Source: Candidatus Kuenenia stuttgartensis (GTDB lineage Bacteria; Planctomycetota; Phycisphaerae; Sedimentisphaerales; CAMDDF01). From it: a stretch of DNA of 53,431 nt. This document shows positions 10,047-19,217 of the stretch, in pieces; position 1 is the stretch's first letter, and the number at the start of each line of letters is the position of its first letter. The stretch covers positions 1 to 53,431 of the forward strand of contig CAMDDF010000001.1 of NCBI GenBank assembly GCA_945890885.1, read 5' to 3'. The position numbers and the translations under genes were made by a program. The notes beneath the pieces were generated by a model that saw nothing but the letters and a program-made list of their open reading frames with translations, was not told where the DNA came from and did not search any database.

Positions 10047-11393
10047 TTATAGCTGTTTCACGATTAAATCGTATTCGTCTGTACCGATAACTTCAGCGGC
10101 AATGATATCGCCATGCTCAGCCTTAAAATTTTCTATCAGACAAAGGCTATCAATATCGGGCGCCTGGCCGAAATACCGCCCTGAAGCAAAGCCCTCTTCG
10201 CCAATAGCATCGACAATTACTTTAAGCTTTTGGCCTATATGGCCTTTGGCTTTTTCAAACGCGATAGACTGCTGGGCAAGCATTATCTGGTCAACACGGC
10301 TATGCTTAATCTCGTCCGCTATCTGGTTGGGCATATTTGACGCAGGAGTGTTTTTCTCCGGGCAATATGCAAAACAGCCGAGCATATCGAACTTGGCCCA
10401 CTTGATAAATTCGACAAGCTCATTAAATTGCACTTCGGTTTCGCCTGGGAAGCCAGTGATAACTGTTGTTCTGATTACGACATCTGGCATTGCTTTGCGA
10501 AGTTTTTCAATTACACTAACAGTTTTTTCCTTAGTGTCTGTCCGCTTCATCGCCTTTAGAATATCGTTGTTGATGTGTTGAATGGGAATATCAACATAAT
10601 TCAGTATTTTGTCGCTTGATGCGATTTTCTCTATCAGTTCATCATCGACGTTCGCTGGGTAAAGGTACATTATCCGCAGCCAGCAAAGGCCCGGCAGTTT
10701 TTCAAGTTCCTCAAGCAGCCTGACCAGCCCATTTTTAAGTCCGATGTCCTTGCCGTAGTTGCAACTATCCTGGGCGATAAGTATCAGCTCTTTTACCCCG
10801 CTTGAAACAAGTTCGCTGGCTTCTTTTAGGATCATATCCATAGGCTTGCTTCTGAAATTGCCGCGAATATCAGGAATAGTGCAAAAGCTGCATCTTCTGG
10901 AGCATCCTTCGCTAATGCGTAGAAATGCGTAATGGCTTGGGGTAATCAGGAGCCTTTGGCTGTCGTCGTTGATGAAATTATTTGACCCGCCAATATGTAT
11001 CTGCCTGCCTGGCTTTTTAAAGAGATTCTCGATAATCTCGGCTATTTTATCTCTGTGCGCCAGCCCGACAATGGCATCAATCGTTTTCACCTCGTCAAAA
11101 AGGTTTGTGCCTTCCCTCTGAACAAGGCATCCAGCAGCAACAATCTTTCTATCAGGCAACTTTTTCTTCCATTTAGCGGCATCGGTCAGCGCATCGATGG
11201 CTTCCTGTCTGGCCGGGGCAATAAAACCGCAGGTATTTATTACCATCACATCAGCATTTTCAATATCTTCAGTGATAAGCATCCCGTGATTTACAATCGA
11301 GGCGAGCATTTTTTCGCTGTCAACCATGTTTTTGGGACAACCAAGAGCCACAAAGCCCACAGTGATCGGAGTATTCTGTTGTTTCTTTTTCAT
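10047..11393 (-). CDS. rimO: ribosomal protein S12 methylthiotransferase
   Basis: VGFVALGCPKNMVDSEKM N-terminus, radical-SAM CSRRCSFC motif and a C-terminal TRAM domain. Confidence 0.9.
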   Translation of the reverse strand: MKKKQQNTPITVGFVALGCPKNMVDSEKMLASIVNHGMLITEDIENADVMVINTCGFIAPARQEAIDALTDAAKWKKKLPDRKIVAAGCLVQREGTNLFDEVKTIDAIVGLAHRDKIAEIIENLFKKPGRQIHIGGSNNFINDDSQRLLITPSHYAFLRISEGCSRRCSFCTIPDIRGNFRSKPMDMILKEASELVSSGVKELILIAQDSCNYGKDIGLKNGLVRLLEELEKLPGLCWLRIMYLYPANVDDELIEKIASSDKILNYVDIPIQHINNDILKAMKRTDTKEKTVSVIEKLRKAMPDVVIRTTVITGFPGETEVQFNELVEFIKWAKFDMLGCFAYCPEKNTPASNMPNQIADEIKHSRVDQIMLAQQSIAFEKAKGHIGQKLKVIVDAIGEEGFASGRYFGQAPDIDSLCLIENFKAEHGDIIAAEVIGTDEYDLIVKQL

Positions 11394-11536
11394 AGGTTTG
11401 CCATATTATCAGAAAAAAATATATTGTCCTTGAATTTTTGGAATAATTCGACTATTTTTACAGAAAATATTTAGCCTATGCCGAAATACAGTTGTCGATA
11501 ATAAATATTCCCTATATTAAATTTGTCATTCTTATA

Positions 11537-13480
11537 ATGCATAGAAAATTTTTATCTAAAAAAGCATACATCCTGTGGGGACTTTTCGCGATTTCGTTGC
11601 TACTTTACCCTGGGTGCGGCAATTTCTTTTCGAGAAAACCAACCGAAATTGAAACACGTGAAATACTCAAGGAACTTGAAACCGTAAAAAACAACCCCTT
11701 TGTCGCCAACCCTATGCCAGACTTATACAAAAGCGAGCCTGAGGTTGTTCAGGTAAGCGATGGCTATAGAATCTTCTATTTTGCGAAGCAACTTGACCCA
11801 AACGACCTTTCGAAAATATTGAAAGAGCAGACAAACTATAATATATCTATCAATCAGGCCACAAACCAGATGATAGTTCAATGCCCGGACGAAGAACAAA
11901 CCAAAAAAGTACTTGAATTCCTGAAACTAACTGATGTACCGCCAATTCAGATCAATATTGACTGCATCGTTCTGGAGCGATTCGCTGATGTTACAATGGA
12001 CTGGGAAACAACTCTCCTCGTAGAAAACTTCCTCGGCGAAAAAGTAACACTGGGTGAGGGTAAATATCCTAACGCAGCCTTTCCTGGTGCCGCACTACGA
12101 GAAAGTCGAAGATCAGAATTTGGTCTGGATGTCGGATATTGGAAAAATAAGGGGGTTGCCGGCCATCAGTTCAGAGCTGCCGTGGATATGCTTATATCAC
12201 GCGGGTACCTTAAAATACTGATGAATCCTGTGCTTGAAACAGTCAACGGGAAAACAGCAACAATAATTTCAAAAGAATTCGCCCCTATCGAAAAAATCAT
12301 TCAAACCGCAGGCACCGAACCTTACAGCCTGACGGATTATACATGGGTACAGGATACACTCACAGTAACCCCGCATGTGTATGCTGACGGCTCTATCGGA
12401 CTTGAAACCGAAATAAAAATCGGATCAAGATCAAAACCTGAAGGTGTGGTACAGCAATCTATTATTACTGAACGATCAACGAACGTAGCGGAAAACCGTA
12501 TCAGACCCGGCGACAGCTTAGTGATAGGTGGGATCAGAAAATCAGAGCAGCGGTCTGTAATTCGCGGAGTCCCGTTCTTTGAAGATATCCCGATAATAGG
12601 TGTGCTGTTCTCAAGCAAAGATTACGAAGAAAAAGGTACGGAAATAATATTTATTCTTACTCCAAGCATTTCGAGCAGCGGCATCAAAAATGCCACAATG
12701 ACAGATGATATACGCAGAAAATTCAAAAGCCCAGAACTTGATCCTGGCGTTCAGTCTTTCCTGACTGACCCATTCTCCGGCGGAATATACACCGAACACG
12801 TCGAACAAAAGGCAAAAGAGGCCGAATATCAGCGACTCACCGCTGAAATACAAAAATCACGCGCCGAAGAGGAGATAGGTCTGTTGCAGGAAGAGCTTCT
12901 CTCTGCTTCTGAAAAAGCAAAACTTGAGCAGCAAAGTGCTCAAAAAGCAACATTGGCGGCACAGGAGTCCCTTCGAAAAGCTAATGAATCAACCGAACAG
13001 ATGAAACTTGAACTGCAAAATGTGCAAAAAGCTCTTCAGGAAGGCCAAGCTACAAAAGCACAGGCTGAGCAGGCGTTAAAAGACCTTCAATCAGCAGAGG
13101 CTGTCCGAAGGCAGGCTGAAGCTACCGCTCAGGAGGCACAGCAGCGGGAAGCAGCAGCTACAAAAGCACAGGTTGAGCAGACACAAAAAGACCTTCAGGA
13201 AGCTGAAGCAGCTCGAAAAAAGGCCGAGCAGGAACTAAAAGATTTCCAGTCGGCAGAAGTTATCCGAAAGCAGGCCGAAAAAGATGTTCAGGAAGCTAAA
13301 CAGCGGGAAGCTGATGCTGTCCGAAAACAGGCTGAAGCTGAGCAGGCACTAAAAGACCTTCAGGCCGCTGAAGCAGCAAGAGTACAGGCTGAAAAGGATG
13401 CTCAAGAAGCACAGCAGCGGGCAGCGGAAGAAGTTCAAACACAACCGCAGGAAAATGCCGCGGATCCAAATAAAATTTAA
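11537..13480 (+). CDS. secretin-family outer-membrane channel lipoprotein with long C-terminal coiled-coil repeat tail
   Basis: Start moved to the ATG at 11537 (lipoprotein-type signal ...LLLYPGC). NolW-like N-domain (QMIVQCPDEEQTKKVLEFLKLTDVPP). Secretin core (GGIRKSEQRSVIRGVPFFEDIPIIGVLFS...IIFILTPSI). The last ~190 aa are E/A/Q/K-rich repeats. Confidence 0.8.
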   Translation: MHRKFLSKKAYILWGLFAISLLLYPGCGNFFSRKPTEIETREILKELETVKNNPFVANPMPDLYKSEPEVVQVSDGYRIFYFAKQLDPNDLSKILKEQTNYNISINQATNQMIVQCPDEEQTKKVLEFLKLTDVPPIQINIDCIVLERFADVTMDWETTLLVENFLGEKVTLGEGKYPNAAFPGAALRESRRSEFGLDVGYWKNKGVAGHQFRAAVDMLISRGYLKILMNPVLETVNGKTATIISKEFAPIEKIIQTAGTEPYSLTDYTWVQDTLTVTPHVYADGSIGLETEIKIGSRSKPEGVVQQSIITERSTNVAENRIRPGDSLVIGGIRKSEQRSVIRGVPFFEDIPIIGVLFSSKDYEEKGTEIIFILTPSISSSGIKNATMTDDIRRKFKSPELDPGVQSFLTDPFSGGIYTEHVEQKAKEAEYQRLTAEIQKSRAEEEIGLLQEELLSASEKAKLEQQSAQKATLAAQESLRKANESTEQMKLELQNVQKALQEGQATKAQAEQALKDLQSAEAVRRQAEATAQEAQQREAAATKAQVEQTQKDLQEAEAARKKAEQELKDFQSAEVIRKQAEKDVQEAKQREADAVRKQAEAEQALKDLQAAEAARVQAEKDAQEAQQRAAEEVQTQPQENAADPNKI

Positions 13481-13580
13481 AGCTGGGCTTGATTTTTTCC
13501 CGCTTATCTTGTTAAATATTCTTCTAGATGTGTATAGTTAGGTAACCGTGCAACAGCACTGCAAAGAAAGGAAATTATAT

Positions 13581-13694
13581 ATGTTTAATATACTTGGCTT
13601 TTTTCAGTTTGGTCAGCTTGGGTTTTGGCTACTGATTTTGTCGCTGATATCTGTAATTACGTTCTATGTACTGGACAAAAAAATCGAAGATTAA
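13581..13694 (+). CDS. possible 37-aa single-TM peptide
   Basis: Hand-found: AAGGAAA 7 nt upstream of the ATG. MFNILGFFQFGQLGFWLLILSLISVITFYVLDKKIED. Below the track size cut-off; overlaps the convergent gene end by 4 nt. Confidence 0.25.
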   Translation: MFNILGFFQFGQLGFWLLILSLISVITFYVLDKKIED

Positions 13695-14356
13695 TCGCCC
13701 TGTTCCCTGCTGTGAGGCAAACAATCCAGCGGACAGCCCTGACATTTTGGACGGGGTTTGCAGAAGTCTTTGCCCACACAAACAAACAACGCATGAAACT
13801 CGTTAAAAAGTTTTGTATTGAGTTTTAGGTTGCGTTCGAAAAGGTCTTTCATCTGGTCATATTCGCAGTATTCGTCTATCAGGTAATGACGCGACAATAC
13901 TCGGAAGGTATAAGTGTCGATAACAAAAACAGGCCTTTCAAAAGCATAGAGCAAAATTGAATCTGCGGTCTCCCTGCCGATTCCCTTGATGGATAAAAGT
14001 TTCTCACGCAGCAAATCCGTCGAGACGTTTTCCACAAGACGCAAATCGCCGCGATACTCAGCAAAGAGCCAATTCACAAAATTTTTCAGCCGAGCCGCCT
14101 TGATATTATAATAGCCGGCAGGTCTGATTAGCTCGGCAATAAAATCGGTGTGCATCGCATTGAGTTTATCAAAGTCCAGACAACGGGCAGCGTTGAGATT
14201 GGCAATAGCTTTTTCGACATTTTTCCAGCTTGTGTTTTGCGTCAGTATCGCACCGATAATTATTTCGGTAGTACTTTGCCCCGGCCACCAACCCTGCGGG
14301 CCAAAGCGTTCAAGGAGCAATTGATACATCTGCATAAGCTTATCGGAAGTCATCAT
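13691..14356 (-). CDS. endonuclease III-like HhH-GPD DNA glycosylase family protein
   Basis: HhH motif LLSIKGIGRETADSILLYAF and a C-terminal 4Fe-4S cluster loop CKPRPKCQGCPLDC. Confidence 0.8.
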   Translation of the reverse strand: MMTSDKLMQMYQLLLERFGPQGWWPGQSTTEIIIGAILTQNTSWKNVEKAIANLNAARCLDFDKLNAMHTDFIAELIRPAGYYNIKAARLKNFVNWLFAEYRGDLRLVENVSTDLLREKLLSIKGIGRETADSILLYAFERPVFVIDTYTFRVLSRHYLIDEYCEYDQMKDLFERNLKLNTKLFNEFHALFVCVGKDFCKPRPKCQGCPLDCLPHSREQGD

Positions 14357-14381
14357 CTAAGGCGTTATCCTGTTACTAACT

Positions 14382-14825
14382 CTAACTGTGGTGATGATGC
14401 GGCTGTGTTTCCGCGTCGAGACTTACGAGGTTGACCTTGCCAAGCTTGACACCTTTTAAGCTGACAATCTGGTCGGCCATCTTTTTGATTTCACTAATCT
14501 GCCCTTTAAACGTGATAACCTCCAGACAGTTGTGATGATCAATATGGATATGCATACTCGAAACAGTGGAAAAAAAATGACTATGCTGAAGCGAGGTAAG
14601 TTTCTCAGCGACACCGCTGGAGTGATGGTCATAAACGACGCAAACCGCCGCCACGCCCGATGCGTCCGGCTCGGCAAGATGCTTTTGCGAGAGTTTTTCG
14701 CGAATCATATCACGTATCGCTTCGGAGCGGTTTTGATAGCCGAGCTCTGCGATAAGTTTGTCAAATTGCACCAGAAGTTCGCTTTCTAGTGAAACTCCTA
14801 TACGTTCAATGTTCGCCATAACCAA
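14382..14825 (-). CDS. nikR: nickel-responsive transcriptional regulator NikR
   Basis: Ribbon-helix-helix N-terminus (ERIGVSLESELLVQFDKLIAELGYQNRSEAIRDMIR). His-rich ACT-like C-domain (VVYDHH..., HIHIDHHNCLEV) and a HHHH tail. Confidence 0.85.
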   Translation of the reverse strand: MVMANIERIGVSLESELLVQFDKLIAELGYQNRSEAIRDMIREKLSQKHLAEPDASGVAAVCVVYDHHSSGVAEKLTSLQHSHFFSTVSSMHIHIDHHNCLEVITFKGQISEIKKMADQIVSLKGVKLGKVNLVSLDAETQPHHHHS

Positions 14826-14840
14826 GCCTTCCCTGAAAAT

Positions 14841-15176
14841 CTATTTCAACGGCACAACACAAAATACATAGCTCAGCGGCTCTTGGCCGGTATTCTTTAT
14901 ATTATGGTCGGTTCTTGGCGGCATATACAGGACTTTGCCGACGCCGACTTCGATGGGCTGCTGATTTTCAACTTCGGCAATGCCGGCACCTGTCAAAAAC
15001 ACAAGCATCTCTTCCTTGTCCTCGGTGTTATGCAGACCGCACTCCTGACCAGGACGAAGAAAAACCCTGCCGGAATGCATCCCGCAGGTCAAAAGTTGGC
15101 CGTCTTTCTTAAATAACGACTGATAATGGCCTGTATCGTGCAATTCAACTGAGAAGGCTTGCTTCTTTTCTGACAT
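14841..15176 (-). CDS. cupin-domain protein
   Basis: 111 aa with cupin motifs G.ECGLHNTEDKEEMLVFLTG and YMPPRTDHNIKNTG. Confidence 0.75.
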   Translation of the reverse strand: MSEKKQAFSVELHDTGHYQSLFKKDGQLLTCGMHSGRVFLRPGQECGLHNTEDKEEMLVFLTGAGIAEVENQQPIEVGVGKVLYMPPRTDHNIKNTGQEPLSYVFCVVPLK

Positions 15177-15318
15177 ATTATATCTCCGTAAAAGTTTTCA
15201 CCATTTTAAAGTTTTGGCCGATTTTAGCAAGAAAAGATTGGAATTTTAATACGATTTTGATATTCTTATGCGCATAGGCCGTTAAAATATAGAAGTTATT
15301 TAACCGAAAGGTTTAGAA

Positions 15319-16356
15319 ATGCATATGGCCAATGAGCTTTTATCTGTACCTGTGGCATTGACAACATCTGCCGTGGCTGCCGCTGGACTTGGATATATCT
15401 GCCGAAAAGCGACCAAAATCGTAAACTCCGAAAATCTTGCTTTGATGGGACTATTGGGAGCGTTCGTATTTGCGGGCCAGATGATCAATTTCCAACTGCC
15501 GCTTATGCCCGGCACCAGCGGCCATCTAGTCGGTGCGGTACTGCTTGCAATAGCACTTGGGCCGCATCTGGCTACGATAGTGCTGTCTTCGGTTGTAATC
15601 ATACAGTGCCTGATTTTTCAGGATGGCGGACTGCTGGCACTGGGTTGCAACATAATCAACATGGCATTGGTGCCCTGCTTTCTTGGGTATTATATTTACA
15701 GCTTGATTATCGGAAAAAATCTTCAGGCTGGGCGGATATACGCCGCAAGTATTATCGCCGCAATTTTGGCTATGCTGGCTGGTGCTGCGATGGTTCCGGT
15801 TGAGGCGTTTCTTTCAGGGGTTCTTGTTGTACCGTTTAAAACATTTTTTATAACGATGATGGGTGTACACCTTTTAGTTGGAATCGTCGAAGGAGTTATT
15901 ACCGCAGCGGTGCTGATTTACCTGACACAGTCAAGGCCGGACCTTACAGTAATAAGTTGCAATTGCAAACCGAGAATTTCGAAATCGGTTTTTTATTCTC
16001 TGACAATAATAATAGTCGTCGCAACAGCTGCCGGACTTTCCCTTATGGCAAGTGAAAACCCGGATGGACTTGAATGGAGCTATCTTGAAAGACCCGATCA
16101 GCCGGAGTTTGCCCCGATGATAGCAAACGAGAATAAAGTAATTTCCGCAGTTGATGAATTTCAGGCCAGATATACCCTTGCCCCTGATTACAGCAAGCGG
16201 CAGGCCTCAATAGGCACAATTGCCGGTGAGGATATAGAAGTTTCGCAAGCGTCCGCAGGCTGGACAAGTTTTGCCGGCGTTGCAGGTTCTGCTTTGACAA
16301 TGTTTCTTATATGGCTCATTGCCGCTTTGCTGAGAAGAAAACCACAGGCGGTGTAA
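15319..16356 (+). CDS. cbiM: ECF-type nickel/cobalt transporter substrate-capture component (CbiM/NikM fused to a PDGLE/NikN-like segment)
   Basis: N-terminal MHMANE.., GTSGHLVGAVLLAIALGP and LIFQDGGLLALGCNIINMA are CbiM motifs. The C-terminal part contains ENPDGLEW (PDGLE motif). It is divergent from nikR. Confidence 0.85.
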   Translation: MHMANELLSVPVALTTSAVAAAGLGYICRKATKIVNSENLALMGLLGAFVFAGQMINFQLPLMPGTSGHLVGAVLLAIALGPHLATIVLSSVVIIQCLIFQDGGLLALGCNIINMALVPCFLGYYIYSLIIGKNLQAGRIYAASIIAAILAMLAGAAMVPVEAFLSGVLVVPFKTFFITMMGVHLLVGIVEGVITAAVLIYLTQSRPDLTVISCNCKPRISKSVFYSLTIIIVVATAAGLSLMASENPDGLEWSYLERPDQPEFAPMIANENKVISAVDEFQARYTLAPDYSKRQASIGTIAGEDIEVSQASAGWTSFAGVAGSALTMFLIWLIAALLRRKPQAV

Positions 16357-17130
16357 ATGCATCATGCGCATATAGATAAATTCGCGTATCAGGATTCGGC
16401 GATTCACAGGCTCGATGCCCGCATTAAATTTATAGCGGCTGTCGCGTACAGCCTTGTGGTTATATCCCTGCCGAAGACTTCGCTGTCGTTGGTGTTGTGT
16501 TCGTTGGTAGGCCCATTTGCTGTGCTGGTCATTGCAGAGATTCCGCTTAAATTTATTCTAAGGCAGATGATAATTGTAAGCCCGTTTATCGTTATGCTTG
16601 CACTGACGAGTATTTTCTATGACAGAACCGAAGTCGTCAAGCCGTTTGGCCCATTTAAAATTACAACCACCGTTGGCGTACTCCGATGCATAAGTATAGT
16701 TTTAAAATTCGCCGTTACAATCACTACATTGATGGCATTGATATGCACCACGAAATTCAATCTCCTTTTGACTGCTATGAATAAACTTGGAATGCCAAGG
16801 CTTTTAACCATCGAACTTGGGCTTCTGTACCGGTACATCTTCGTGCTGATAGATAAAGCCCAGCACATCCTCCGCGCAAGGGCAATAAGAAAGTTGCGAA
16901 ACCTTGGATTCAAAAGAGAGCTTAAAATCAGCGGTGCTATGGCGGGAAGTCTTTTCCTGTCGAGCCTTGAAACTTCTTCGAGAGTAAATATGGCGATGGA
17001 TGCCAGAGGATTCGATGGCCAATTTCGCTGCATTTCACAATTGAAAATCGGACGGGGTGATTATGTATTCATCACGGCTTTCGTTTCATATTTAATCGGA
17101 CTATATTTCATAGGGACGTTTCTGGTATGA
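16357..17130 (+). CDS. cbiQ: ECF transporter transmembrane (T) component CbiQ/NikQ
   Basis: Polytopic membrane protein, LDARIKF start region, and the R-rich coupling motif ARAIRKL. The start codon abuts the cbiM stop. Confidence 0.85.
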   Translation: MHHAHIDKFAYQDSAIHRLDARIKFIAAVAYSLVVISLPKTSLSLVLCSLVGPFAVLVIAEIPLKFILRQMIIVSPFIVMLALTSIFYDRTEVVKPFGPFKITTTVGVLRCISIVLKFAVTITTLMALICTTKFNLLLTAMNKLGMPRLLTIELGLLYRYIFVLIDKAQHILRARAIRKLRNLGFKRELKISGAMAGSLFLSSLETSSRVNMAMDARGFDGQFRCISQLKIGRGDYVFITAFVSYLIGLYFIGTFLV

Positions 17131-17852
17131 CAACTGCGATAAAAATTGAAAATTTCTCACATAAATATCCCGATGGCACAGACAGCCTGGAAAATATAAA
17201 CCTTGAAATTAAAAAAGGTGAAAAGGTCGGCTTCATCGGCCCAAACGGCGCAGGTAAATCATCCCTGCTTCTTGCCCTTGCAGGATTCCTGAAAGGCACC
17301 GGCAAAATTTCGATTAATGGCATCGAGCTTAACAAGGGCAATATCAAAAACATCCGACAGATAATGGGCATCGTAATGCAGAACCCTGACGATCAGCTTT
17401 TTATGCCGACGCTCTTTGAGGATATCGCATTTGGCCCGATGAATATGGGGCTTGACATAGATGAGGTTAAGCATCGCGTTCAACATGCACTTGAAACCGT
17501 TGGGCTTGCAAAGATGGGCGAAAAGGAGCCGCATCATCTTTCAGCGGGTCAGAAAAGAGCCGCCGCGATTGCAACCATTCTTTCGATGAGCCCGGAAATT
17601 ATTGTTATGGATGAGCCGGAAGCAAACCTTGATCCCGGCGCAAGAAGAAACCTTGTGTCGCTGATAGAGAAGATGAACCAGACGATTATTATCGCAACAT
17701 GCAATATGGATTTCGCAGCCAGCCTTTGCGAAAAGGTTTTCCTGCTCAATAACAAAAAAGTTATCGCAAGCGGCCCTGCACGCGAAATCATGGCTGATGA
17801 AAAACTGATGCTCGATAACAGCCTTGAAGTCCCGCGAAACATTTTGGTTTAA
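17127..17852 (+). CDS. cbiO: ECF transporter ATPase CbiO/NikO
   Basis: Walker A GPNGAGKSS, signature LSAGQKR and Walker B IIVMDEP. 4-nt overlap with cbiQ. Confidence 0.9.
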   Translation: MTTAIKIENFSHKYPDGTDSLENINLEIKKGEKVGFIGPNGAGKSSLLLALAGFLKGTGKISINGIELNKGNIKNIRQIMGIVMQNPDDQLFMPTLFEDIAFGPMNMGLDIDEVKHRVQHALETVGLAKMGEKEPHHLSAGQKRAAAIATILSMSPEIIVMDEPEANLDPGARRNLVSLIEKMNQTIIIATCNMDFAASLCEKVFLLNNKKVIASGPAREIMADEKLMLDNSLEVPRNILV

Positions 17853-18046
17853 AACTGGCTTTTACAACGAATTACACAAATTTCCTCGAATTCTTTTTAA
17901 CACAGATTAACACTGATTTTTCTATTTTAAAAAAGATGGGGAAATGCTATAATCCTCTTCCGTGTTGGAATATCTTTCGCCCCATTGGGGGCTTGATTAG
18001 GATTAAAAATTTTAAAGTTTACACTTTTTTATGTCTGGGTGCCAAA

Positions 18047-19042
18047 ATGAGCAAAATTCCATTGGCTAAAAAAAAACAATACTGCTATCCGAAGCTTTCT
18101 ATTGCCGCATTAATTTTATCAGCAGCTTCTTTTCCCTTTTTTGGGATGCCCTTGCCTTATGCTATTGGTGCCGGTTTTGCAGGTATGATTAGATTTTTGC
18201 AAAAACCTCAAAAACAGGTTAGCGTCTTCCTATTTTGTTTTGTCGCAATGCTTTTGCCATTATTGATCAATTATTATATGGTAGGCTTTCAATCTTTTTT
18301 TAGTATTTTCAACCTAATTGTCTGTTTGGTATTTGTATTGTTGTTTTTTTGTCTTTCAGCTCCAGGGGAATCTCTAATTTCAGATATATTAATAGCAATT
18401 GTGGCTGGAATTCCGATATTAAAGTATCTATGGTTTTTAGTTGGCACTACCGTCCTTAAAGATGACATGACATGGCGAGTCTTCATGATTGCATATAGAA
18501 TGGGCTTGTCTTTTTTTATTCCCATAACAGTTCTTTTTTTGATAATCAGAATTATAAAACGGTTTTCTTTTGTTAGAGAAACCGTCATTCGTATTATTTT
18601 AATTTTAACAATCCCAGCAATGTTAACTCTATTTTCAAAAGAAAACAAATTAACAGATCGAGAGACCTTTTTGGATGGTTTTGCAAAATCTGTCAAAGAT
18701 GAAGTTGATTTTGTTTCTATTCAGAGTTGGTTGAATACGCAACAAATACCAGAAAAAGACCCGAACTCACAAGAAGATGGTCTTGTTTTGGTGCAACCTG
18801 AAAATCAACCTGATTGCATTAAGATATTATCTAATGGCGGGGAAATTGGTATAAGGTATGATTGGAATAAGAAGCAGTTTTATATAGGCAAAAAGAGGGA
18901 AATCTTGTTTCTTTTTTGTTTTTACTGGGGCCTATATATATCTTCAGATGTCTGTGAAAAACCAGATTGGGTGGATGGCAAAAATGGCGAATATTTATTT
19001 ATAACTCCATCAGTTTTTGTATGGTGCAAGTACTCAGGGTAA
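18047..19042 (+). CDS. hypothetical polytopic membrane protein with C-terminal soluble domain
   Basis: Start moved to the ATG at 18047. About 6 hydrophobic helices followed by ~120 soluble residues. No recognisable motif. Confidence 0.6.
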   Translation: MSKIPLAKKKQYCYPKLSIAALILSAASFPFFGMPLPYAIGAGFAGMIRFLQKPQKQVSVFLFCFVAMLLPLLINYYMVGFQSFFSIFNLIVCLVFVLLFFCLSAPGESLISDILIAIVAGIPILKYLWFLVGTTVLKDDMTWRVFMIAYRMGLSFFIPITVLFLIIRIIKRFSFVRETVIRIILILTIPAMLTLFSKENKLTDRETFLDGFAKSVKDEVDFVSIQSWLNTQQIPEKDPNSQEDGLVLVQPENQPDCIKILSNGGEIGIRYDWNKKQFYIGKKREILFLFCFYWGLYISSDVCEKPDWVDGKNGEYLFITPSVFVWCKYSG

Positions 19043-19217
19043 ATAGTTTTCTTCTATGGTAATATTTGCTTTTTCGGAGATTAACTGTAACTGAAAGTTT
19101 TGGCTACCTGCACGCCCTACTGCTTACCAAATCATAAAACTTGATTATTGCCCAGATAGCTGTAAAATATATAGTTTGTGTCAAAACTATAAGATGAAAG
19201 AGAAAGTGTATTAGATT

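Noticed and set aside
15177-15318. Cobalamin riboswitch upstream of cbiM.
   Set aside because: No B12-box-like sequence or extended structure is present. The adjacent nikR argues for protein-mediated nickel control.
17860-17880. The 17-nt TTTACAACGAATTACAC occurs after both cbiO (17862-17878) and the MFS gene (20540-20556). Nearby are REP-like strings (ACACAGATTAACACTGAT; GTCATCCCGAGCGAGCAAAGCGACTAGGGATCTC at about 20667-20700).
   Set aside because: These are probably generic extragenic repeat fragments. They are too short and too few in this window to interpret.
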